9,512 bases of DNA. Source: Rotaria sp. (Eukaryota). How positions within the stretch are numbered: the stretch's first letter is position 1; every line of letters starts with the position of its first letter. Shown here piece after piece: positions 1 through 6,762 of the stretch. Made by a program: the position numbers and the translations under genes. The stretch is from contig CAJNZB010000017.1 in assembly GCA_905331535.1 (NCBI GenBank), positions 844,090-853,601 on the forward strand, written 5' to 3'. The notes under the pieces are model-generated. The model was not told the origin of the DNA, ran no database searches, and saw only the letters and a program-made list of their open reading frames with translations.

Positions 1-1
1 A

Positions 2-223
2 CGTGTTTTTGCGTCACCGTTACTGTTATACACTGCACAATATGAGTTCGATACTAAAGACACTAACTATGATTCATTTCACTGGTATTCAAAAACACGT
101 CTTCTTTCATTTTTTTCAAAATGCAAATCTGGAGCTCCCCAAACTCTAAATGTTCCGCTACTTATGGGTCACATCACAGCTATCGATATACCGACGCTTT
201 ATTGTCCAATTTGCATGACATGA
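2..223 (+). CDS. Unassigned open frame running off the 5' window edge (73 codons + TGA); possible last coding exon of an upstream gene
   Basis: Frame 2 is stop-free from position 2 to TGA at 221..223. It translates RVFASPLLLYTAQYEFDTKDTNYDSFHWYSKTRLLSFFSKCKSGAPQTLNVPLLMGHITAIDIPTLYCPICMT*. It is missing from the ORF track because it has no ATG inside the window. The stretch looks less AT-rich than its surroundings, and an AATAAA lies about 100 nt downstream at 325..330. I recognise no family; CPIC is only a generic zinc-binding-like dipeptide pair. An open run of this length could still arise by chance. Confidence 0.3.
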   Translation, partial: RVFASPLLLYTAQYEFDTKDTNYDSFHWYSKTRLLSFFSKCKSGAPQTLNVPLLMGHITAIDIPTLYCPICMT

Positions 224-1215
224 GTACGTATTGATAGTAAGAGAGCAATACATTTTTGTCCCTCATGTCGTGAAAGACAAATTGGAGAATGAAAGGAAAA
301 AAAAAAAGTGAAGTATGTGAAAATAATAAAATGAGTTATAATGATTATTTTTTCATTTAAACATTTATATAATCATCTTTTAAACAAAATGTATTGCTTT
401 TGCAGTCTGCTTTTTAAACACAATATAAAATAGCAGGTGTTCTGTATATTTTACCTCTACTTTGTACACCTGCGCCATTAAAAATACTGACAAGCAATAC
501 ATTGACCAATTGAAATTAAGTTCGATAGATATCGTCTATTTGTTTATTTAATTAATTTTCAAAACAAAAGTACGTTTCATTATTTTTCCAAATTGTATTT
601 GTTTACACAAAAAGAAAACATTCATTTCTAGCGAAGGACGTATAGATAATCAAATTTTCTATCCAATCAAATCATTTCAAGTAGGTTATGGTAAGAAATT
701 TTCTTTTCAATATCTGGTCATTCGAGCAAAAGCAAAGTACTCTATTTTGTACTTACCTCGAAAAAACAACGAGCGTTGACAGTAATCGATCGAGTACAAA
801 GAGGACTTAGCTTATTTATTATTGTATTTTTCTTGTTGTTGTCTTGTAATATTGTTTCTTAGACATACTTGCTTTATTAATTCTTTTCGAATATATTAAA
901 TTAGAAATTTCAATGAAATTAACTTTATAGCCTTTTGATGAATGTATGAATACGCATGAACAAAACTAATAATCATTAGTTTCATTTTATCCTTTTTACG
1001 ATAGTAAAAATTAATCCAGAAAAGTATAGCTGAAATCTAATCAAATTGATATATGTATATATTTATCATGATCTGTATGCAATTTTCTTTTGCATAATAA
1101 CATGCGAATAGTTATAACTTTATCTTAGTTTTTATGGATGAGTTCTTGGCTATAGTACTTAATGTTTCAGATTTCTATTTGAAACTTTGTAAGAAAATAG
1201 AGGTTTTATTTTTAG

Positions 1216-1333
1216 ATGTACTTCATCACTATTATCTCATTTGTTTGTATTATTTTTATTAATCTTACATTCGAACAAGGTCCAGGTTCATTTGAAGTTC
1301 GCGAACATAGTCTTAGCCGTCCATATGCTAATG
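1216..1333 (+). CDS. LMAN2: VIP36/VIPL-type L-type lectin (LMAN2 family), exon 1: signal peptide and start of luminal domain
   Basis: Translates MYFITIISFVCIIFINLTFEQGPGSFEVREHSLSRPYAN plus the first base of a Val codon. The N-terminus is hydrophobic and signal-peptide-like. REHSLSRPY matches the REHSL(I/S)KPY edge of vertebrate VIP36/VIPL. The exon ends at donor G|GTATAT (phase 1). Track ORF 1216..1422 is this exon reading through intron 1. Confidence 0.8.
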
Positions 1334-1389
1334 GTATATTTAATAATTTATATTTAAATTTGATTAGTGACTGTTTTCTTTGTTTTAAG
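1334..1389 (+). other. Intron 1 of lectin gene (56 nt, phase 1)
   Basis: GTATAT donor, pyrimidine tract ctgttttctttgtttt, and AAG acceptor. Splicing gives RPYAN-V-FATSHSYWQLTGN, the same length (19 residues) as the human VIP36 segment KPYQGVGSSSMPLWDFQGS, with the V and W aligned. Confidence 0.85.
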
Positions 1390-1620
1390 TTTTTGCTACT
1401 TCTCATTCATATTGGCAGTTAACTGGTAATACATTAGTTACAGATCGATATATTCGTTTAACATCTGATGCACAAAGTAAAGCTGGTGGTTTATGGAATA
1501 CGGTACCTGTTAGTTATTCTGATTGGGAAATGCACGTTAGCTTTAAAGTTCATGGAGGTGGTACGACTTTGTTTGGTGATGGATTTGTTATTTGGTACGT
1601 TAGAGATCCAAAATTAACTG
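1390..1620 (+). CDS. LMAN2: VIP36/VIPL-type L-type lectin, exon 2 (lectin domain)
   Basis: Translates (V)FATSHSYWQLTGNTLVTDRYIRLTSDAQSKAGGLWNTVPVSYSDWEMHVSFKVHGGGTTLFGDGFVIWYVRDPKLT(G). This is gap-free and collinear with human VIP36 WDFQGSTMLTSQYVRLTPDERSKEGSIWN..DWEMHVHFKVHG..HGDGIALWYTRD. The exon ends at G|GTACGT (phase 1). Confidence 0.92.
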
Positions 1621-1830
1621 GTACGTATAAAATTTATCTTAAAAGTAATAGAACTCAAACATCATTAATTTAGTATTCTCTACAATTTTTGATGAACGAA
1701 TATGTATTCTATGTATGAGAAATTCTATCGAAGATGTTTCTGTTGAATAGTTTGAACGTTAATATTCATTCGAATATACCATAAGCATTTTCGTATTAGA
1801 AAAGTTCTAGCTGAATGGTTTTATACTATA

Positions 1831-2079
1831 TTAACCCTTTGGCTACTGAAGAGAGAAAAAAACTCTTTAGAGCTGACTGCATCCAAAGAGCATTCCTTTT
1901 CATAAGACAAGTTCTTAAAACGTGCCCTTATGAAGTGACGTTGTTAGAAGCTAGAGATGACCTACGCTAGTTTCTATGCGAACGAATCTAAAAAAAATGT
2001 ACTATGAATGATTGCGTTAGTTTTAGACGTTGATAAAGTCCATGACGTTCATAAACGGGGGCGGTAGCCAAAGGGTTAA
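1831..2079. mobile_element. piggyBac-superfamily MITE: 241-bp non-autonomous element plus flanking TTAA target-site duplications
   Basis: 1831..1846 TTAACCCTTTGGCTAC is the exact reverse complement of 2064..2079 GTAGCCAAAGGGTTAA. That gives a TTAA duplication on both sides and 12-bp perfect TIRs with 5'-CCC...GGG-3' ends. The interior has no ORF. It carries three direct GACGTT motifs at 1937..1942, 2026..2031 and 2044..2049. Confidence 0.85.
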
Positions 2080-3298
2080 AAAGGATTTGGGTGCTATGTG
2101 AATCTTTCCTTCACCCACATCCATGTAAGCAGATGTCCTAGGCCGAATATTTGATTAAAGCCAATTTGAACTGATGTTTGATAAATATTCTAAGTTCTCA
2201 GAAAAATCATTGAATCTGTTGATCTTTGGTGACATTATTTATTTATTTGTCATGATTGGTATATGGTCTTGAATAGAGATGTGCTCGACCAAATTTTCAA
2301 GGTTTGGTGAAACAAGGACTAAGAGACAAAAAAAGTTGTTCGAACCGGAACTAAAGATTATAGTTAAATATTCTATGATTTTAAGCGAATTATCTTATAA
2401 ATCGTATCAATCAGAACATAATTCAACAGAGATGATTCAAGAAAAGTGCTAGTTACCTACTAAATAAATCTAAAAAACGACTATGGAAAGATGTTTTAAA
2501 TGTGATATAGATTAATAAGGGAATAGTTGTGTCTAGGCTAGGATCAAAGAAAAAAATGTACTAACATCAGGACCTAAAAATTTGAACGCATACATCTCTA
2601 TTCGGAAAGAATGATGATTACTTCTCATTTTTCAATGAAATTTTTGTAATACTAAAAGAACTACATTAGTAAAGAAATGAAACTGGTATCAGTAATTTGT
2701 AATCGTTATTCATTTCACAATAAGTTTAATTAATTTTTTTTATTTTCAAAATAGATTAAAGTTTAGTTCTCTTCAGATTACATTTGTCTACACCATGGGA
2801 TAGCAGGAAAACGTAATTAGTCAAAACCTGAGTTTGTTATAGAACCCTACGGAATAATCTTGTTTGAGTTCCGAATTATGTTTGTCTCATTGAATAAGAA
2901 GTGGTTGACTGTATAAAACGCAGTAGCTGACTTACTGTTTTTCATTCGCTTCCTTGCTATGACGAATTTTTCTTTTCGAACCATTAGGAATGTGAAGAGT
3001 GTAAATCTAAAAAATACTTGACATCGTTCGGGGCTATAAAAATGTGGGAAATCATAATTAACACCTGATGGTTTCTCCATTTTAGCAATAGTTGGTTCAA
3101 ATTCATTATATCTTTACTTATCAGTTGAGCTAAGATAGTTGAACGTGACTGAAATTCATTAGATTCCTTTTACGAGCTCATACAGTCAATCGCGTTTTCT
3201 ATTCGATTGACAGTCATTGGTTTAAATATTAAGATATTTGTTAGAAATAGAAAAATTAAATTATACGACACGCTTTGATAGAAGGACTAAATAAATAG

Positions 3299-3316
3299 GG
3301 ACAATTCGAATTGTCC
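3299..3316. repeat. Perfect 18-bp palindrome GGACAATTCGAATTGTCC inside intron 2
   Basis: The sequence equals its own reverse complement. AATTCGAA recurs at 3332..3339. Confidence 0.7.
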
Positions 3317-3714
3317 AGTGGGATTTTTCAGAATTCGAAACTGTTTCTCAAGACTTTAGTCTATTATTTCAAGGACAGTATTTTAAAATACGCAAACTCT
3401 TGATTGTGAAATACTGGAATAAATCATTGTCGTTCTTCATATTGAAATCTTGAGTTAATGAAATTCATTAATGTCCTTTCTATACTAAGCGCTACAGAAC
3501 TCGAATGCTGTAAAAAATATGAATATATTGTAAATCTACATACAGAGTTTCTCACTGACTATTTCAGCATATTGTTGTAAATTAACTATCATTAAGAATA
3601 TTATAGATAAATCTTTCGGACAGAAAAAAAGAAATAGTAACCCTACTAAATAATTTATGTCATATACTATATCATTAATTTAAATTAACTAACTTTCTAA
3701 TATTTTTATTCTAG

Positions 3715-3797
3715 GTCCTGTTTTTGGTTATGCAGATAATTTTAATGGATTAGCTATTATCATGGATACATATTCCAATAGAATCGATAATTATAAT
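3715..3797 (+). CDS. LMAN2: VIP36/VIPL-type L-type lectin, exon 3
   Basis: Translates (G)PVFGYADNFNGLAIIMDTYSNRIDNYN, compared with human GPVFGSKDNFHGLAIFLDTYPNDETTER. The exon ends at AAT|GTAAAT (phase 0). Confidence 0.9.
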
Positions 3798-3864
3798 GTA
3801 AATTTTTTCTTTTATTTATATTAATGTTTTTCTTTTATTTTATTTATTATAAAAATTTGTTTAG
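3798..3864 (+). other. Intron 3 of lectin gene (67 nt, phase 0)
   Basis: GTAAAT donor, T-rich body, and tttgtttAG acceptor. The junction restores ..NYN|HIYPYISAVINNGS, compared with human ..VFPYISVMVNNGS. Confidence 0.9.
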
Positions 3865-4401
3865 CATATTTATCCATATATATCCGCTGTAATAAATAAT
3901 GGTTCACTTCATTATGATCATGATCGTGATGGTGCAGATTTAAATATAGCTGGTTGTGAAGCAGCATTTCGAGGTCGTGATATAGATACTCTTGTTGCTA
4001 TACGTTATCAAAACAATCGTTTAACTGTATCTACTGATATTGATGGAGAAAATACTTGGAAAGAATGCTTTTCAATTGATAATATTCAATTACCAACATA
4101 TTATTATTTTGGTTTTTCAGCTGCAACTGGTGAACTTAGTGATAATCATGATATTATATCAGTACATACATATCAATTAGATTTAAGTGAACAAAGACAA
4201 AAAGAAGATCGTAAAAATATAATACCATCAGCTCCTTCAGCTCATATGGGACAGATAGATGATGATACTGCAAAAACATCAAAATGGTCGACATTAAAAA
4301 TATTTCTTCTTGTTTTACTTTTGATAATTCTTTGTTTAAGTGGTATTGGTGCTTTTTATTATATGAAACAACATCGATATCATAGCTCAAGATTATATTA
4401 A
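3865..4401 (+). CDS. LMAN2: VIP36/VIPL-type L-type lectin, exon 4: rest of lectin domain, stalk, TM helix, cytosolic tail, stop
   Basis: Translates HIYPYISAVINNGSLHYDHDRDGADLNIAGCEAAFRGRDIDTLVAIRYQNNRLTVSTDIDGENTWKECFSIDNIQLPTYYYFGFSAATGELSDNHDIISVHTYQL..., matching human ..NNGSLSYDHSKDG..RLTVMTD..LPTGYYFGASAGTGDLSDNHDIIS... The hydrophobic stretch WSTLKIFLLVLLLIILCLSGIGAFYYM is the likely TM helix. The tail KQHRYHSSRLY compares with the human tail ending KRFY. TAA stop at 4399..4401. The four exons total 969 nt, giving 322 aa. Confidence 0.95.
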   Translation, partial: HIYPYISAVINNGSLHYDHDRDGADLNIAGCEAAFRGRDIDTLVAIRYQNNRLTVSTDIDGENTWKECFSIDNIQLPTYYYFGFSAATGELSDNHDIISVHTYQLDLSEQRQKEDRKNIIPSAPSAHMGQIDDDTAKTSKWSTLKIFLLVLLLIILCLSGIGAFYYMKQHRYHSSRLY

Positions 4402-4475
4402 CATTGTTATTTTATTATGAAATTACTTAACTAAATATTTACATTCTGATTTTTTTTAAATACTAATCTCATTTA

Positions 4476-4481
4476 ATTAAA
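4476..4481 (+). terminator. Candidate poly(A) signal variant ATTAAA for the lectin gene
   Basis: ATTAAA lies about 75 nt after the stop, and a canonical AATAAA also occurs at 4696..4701. Such hexamers are frequent in AT-rich DNA, so neither can be preferred without transcript data. Confidence 0.15.
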
Positions 4482-5217
4482 TCAATTGTTTTATTCATTA
4501 ATTTTCCTGTGATAACTTTAGTGTTCTTCTTGTTTAATATACTTTATCAAGCATACAATACTTTCATCTTTTTCATGACAATTGTTTTCAGTATGAGATT
4601 TTATGCTCAATCAATAACGAAAAAAAAAGACTCGTAGGGATTTTATATTTTGTTGAAGGTTTTACGTGTTTTTTTTAATGAAAAAATTTTGGCATAATAA
4701 ACATTTGAAACCGATTAATTGTTTACTATTAGATAATACACCTACATAAGCACTTTATGTTACTGTATTCGGAATAGTTCTTATTAAATGTTTATTATAT
4801 TTAAAAACTCCTTCTAGCACTCGTCGAGTTCGAATCTGAAAAGTCTAGTCTTGACAGGCTCTAGCCATCTGAGAAATTTATAACATGTACTAGTTAACCA
4901 AATATAAAAAACTAGAAAAAAGTATCTCATATCCTCTGGACGACTATTCACTTCCGATTAGAAATATTCATTGAGAGTATCAAAGTATGACCCAACGAAC
5001 TCTAAATCTCAAAAATCGATCTTGATTCGAGTATATTCAAATCGTATAAAACTTTCAGGATCCTTAGGAGCTGCAATAGAAAAGGAATGCTGAGATTTTC
5101 ATCCTTATACCATGACGTTCTTGGAAGATATTCAACAAACAAAAAGTCAAAAATGGCTCATTAGACAACTTGAAATTTTCTAGGTGTCCTCATTTTCTAT
5201 GATTAATTATTTTTTAT

Positions 5218-5433
5218 TTGAAAGAGCATGTCAAAGTGCAATGCCTGATAGAGTCATTGTTGTTTTTATCCTTAGCTTTTAAGCAGAGAAAAAGAATGAC
5301 ATATTCGATACCTTGAAAAGTTCTCAAAAATAAAATAAAAGTTTAATCGATTTATAGAAATGTCCTCTTTTATATAATAACAAAAAAAGTTTTATTCAAA
5401 CGAAATGCACTACAGCTTTACATGCTCTTTCAA
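5218..5433. repeat. 216-bp segment bounded by diverged inverted repeats (foldback or MITE-like; no obvious TSD)
   Basis: Left arm 5218..5236 is TTGAAAGAGCATGTCAAAG. Right arm 5416..5433 is CTTTACATGCTCTTTCAA. They match 18/19 as reverse complements with one 1-nt indel. The match extends through TGCAC (5237..5241 vs 5406..5410) across a 6-nt indel. Confidence 0.55.
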
Positions 5434-5514
5434 CCAAAGCGATCGACTCTAATGCAGGTTTTTCGAGAATTCTAAGTTATCCAATCAAAAAAATTTGAGC
5501 AGAGAAAAAGAATG
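5282..5514 (+). repeat. Perfect 17-nt direct repeat AGCAGAGAAAAAGAATG (5282..5298 and 5498..5514), period 216 bp
   Basis: The two 17-mers are identical. Weaker collinear similarity sits upstream of each copy (TTATCC and AATGC motifs), suggesting an old ~216-bp tandem duplication. Confidence 0.6.
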
Positions 5515-5881
5515 TTTTTCAAGCAGAAGTTGACGGAACTCATAGAAAATTTTTCCAAAAAACATGACATGTCAAATAAAAAACCATATATGGTTTGTAA
5601 AAGGTTCAACCTCAAGCTATCCTTCCATGTATTTATTTGAATTAGATATATATATTTCTTCTGACATTTTCATGCATTCTTTTATAAAAATTTGTTTAAC
5701 AAATCAAACAAGACCATGATAGAACAACTGTTTTTAATCGATTTTTTTCCTTTCTAGACAACGATGGTAACTAGTCTTGATGACGGGCGCCTTGTTTTCT
5801 ACATCATAGTAATGCGATAGTACCCGACGAAGGAGGAAAATAACAAAAAATAATGGTAGCCAAGAAAAAAAATAACATATT

Positions 5882-5893
5882 ATGACTCATTGG
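5882..5893 (+). promoter_or_regulatory. Candidate promoter-proximal composite motif: ATGACTCAT (AP-1/bZIP-type palindrome) overlapping an inverted CCAAT box (ATTGG)
   Basis: The motif lies 65-76 nt upstream of the MMADHC ATG and just downstream of a locally GC-richer patch at 5775..5835. This is a motif-level match only. Confidence 0.15.
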
Positions 5894-5957
5894 TTTTTTT
5901 TTCGTATCAAGAAAATAATAAAAACGAGCCTTTTAACTTAGTACATTTTAGATAGCA

Positions 5958-6708
5958 ATGGATCGCTTATTAACACATGTTCGCTCACGAGCATTATTAT
6001 TTATTTCTCCAAGTCGTCAAGTATCTTCATATAAAACAAATTTAGTCGATTTAAAATCTCGTGCTTTAATAAATATTGTCAATCAATTAGATGCCACAAA
6101 ACAAAGTTCATCAATTCCATCATCCGATGTTAATACACCATATGACTTTAATACACGTTTTCCATTACCAGGACATATTGGATTTTCTTATGAAACAAAA
6201 TCAATATCGAAATCTTTTCAAGAAAAAGATTCAGTTAAACAATTACTAAATACGAATATATCATTATTATCAAGATCAACAAATAATGAACAGGAATTTT
6301 TAACAAAATTAATGAATTATAAAAATTTAGAAATTCGTACATATGATTGTTCATCATCATTATGCTCAAACTTAAATAATTTATTTTTAAATTATGATAT
6401 ATTAACGCAACCATTAACAGCTATAACAGTAATATTTAAAACAAATACGGATATGTCAACATGGTCAATGGAAGTTGAAAATGAACGTAATCAATTAACT
6501 GAAAAATTTAACATATTAGCTCAAGAAATATCAACTTATTTAAATTCAAAGCAATATTGGGTAGATTTTATTGATCCATCAAATGGTAAACCTTATTATG
6601 GACCATCTACGTCAGATACATTATTTGAAACGGATGAACGTTTTCGAAATTTTGGTATTAATATTGTTGATTTAGGATGTTGTCGAGTTATTCAGCATTT
6701 ACAACATG
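5958..6708 (+). CDS. MMADHC: MMADHC (cblD) homologue, cobalamin trafficking protein, exon 1
   Basis: This is track ORF 5958..6734 minus its intron read-through. RFPLPGHIGF and [48 protein letters not shown] match human MMADHC RFQLPGNIGF and [48 protein letters not shown]. The basic N-terminus MDRLLTHVRSRALLFISPSRQ resembles a mitochondrial presequence. The exon ends at CAT G|GTAAAA (phase 1). Confidence 0.93.
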
Positions 6709-6762
6709 GTAAAAGAAAAATAAAATTTTTTTGAAAAATATTTATTAGAAAATTTATTGTAG
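6709..6762 (+). other. Intron of MMADHC homologue (54 nt, phase 1)
   Basis: GTAAAA donor and ttattgtAG acceptor. Unspliced read-through ends after GKRKIKFF*. Splicing restores ..LQHG|THVFVGCIFT.., compared with human ..[14 protein letters not shown].. Confidence 0.9.

Larger units (their letters stand above)
1621..3714 (+). other. Intron 2 of lectin gene (2,094 nt, phase 1), hosts a MITE
   Basis: GTACGT donor. The 3' end has a ctaac branch-like motif, a pyrimidine tract tatttttattc, and a TAG acceptor. The joined codon G+GT gives Gly, producing KLTGPVFG, which matches human LVPGPVFG. Confidence 0.9.

Noticed and set aside
1-100. 11-bp perfect inverted repeat ACGTGTTTTTG / CAAAAACACGT (1..11 vs 90..100); also 10/11 hairpins at 2083..2122 and 3182..3214
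   Set aside because: These stems are short and T/A-run rich, close to chance expectation for nearby inverted matches in this window. The stems do not extend inward. The first pair lies inside the putative coding frame 2..223.
168-200. Short words shared between distant sites: ATCGATATACCG (182..193 and 8004..8015), GTCACAT, and ACCGACGCTT (190..199 and 9259..9268)
   Set aside because: Shared 10-12-mers are expected by chance at this window size. Spacing between the words differs between loci, so no collinear repeat can be supported.
1212-1406. Track ORF on the minus strand (64 aa)
   Set aside because: It is antisense to lectin exon 1, intron 1 and the start of exon 2. The peptide has no recognisable similarity. 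It is open only because the sense strand is coding and AT-biased.
1216-1422. Track ORF read as a single 68-aa gene
   Set aside because: Only 1216..1333 is coding. After G|GTATAT the frame runs through the 56-nt intron and out of frame into exon 2. The spliced product aligns without gaps to VIP36.
2611-2617. ATGATGA C-box-like motif in intron 2 as a possible intronic C/D snoRNA; similar TGATGA at 1690, 936, 7805 and 8210
   Set aside because: No CTGA D box at the appropriate 60-100-nt distance with a complementary terminal stem for any of them.
2847-3080. Track ORF on the minus strand (77 aa) inside intron 2; similarly ORFs 7422..7604, 7845..8033 and 8379..8600
   Set aside because: None has recognisable similarity. 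Their lengths are within chance expectation for roughly 9.5 kb in six frames. They lie in intronic or intergenic sequence and lack flanking splice or start context. At most they are decayed TE remnants.
4154-4390. Track ORF on the minus strand (78 aa)
   Set aside because: It is antisense to the well-supported lectin exon 4, and its peptide has no recognisable similarity.
4828-4836. GTTCGAATC, a tRNA T-loop / Pol III B-box-like motif; also TTCGAAT at 8274..8280
   Set aside because: The flanking bases cannot form a 5-bp T stem (only 2 pairs). There is no A box, acceptor stem or anticodon arm. At best it is a remnant of a tRNA-derived SINE, which I cannot demonstrate.
5831-5836. AGGAGG Shine-Dalgarno-like hexamer
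   Set aside because: The context is eukaryotic, and the nearest downstream ATG (5853) is 16 nt from the end of the motif, outside SD spacing. It is treated as part of a purine-rich promoter or UTR patch.
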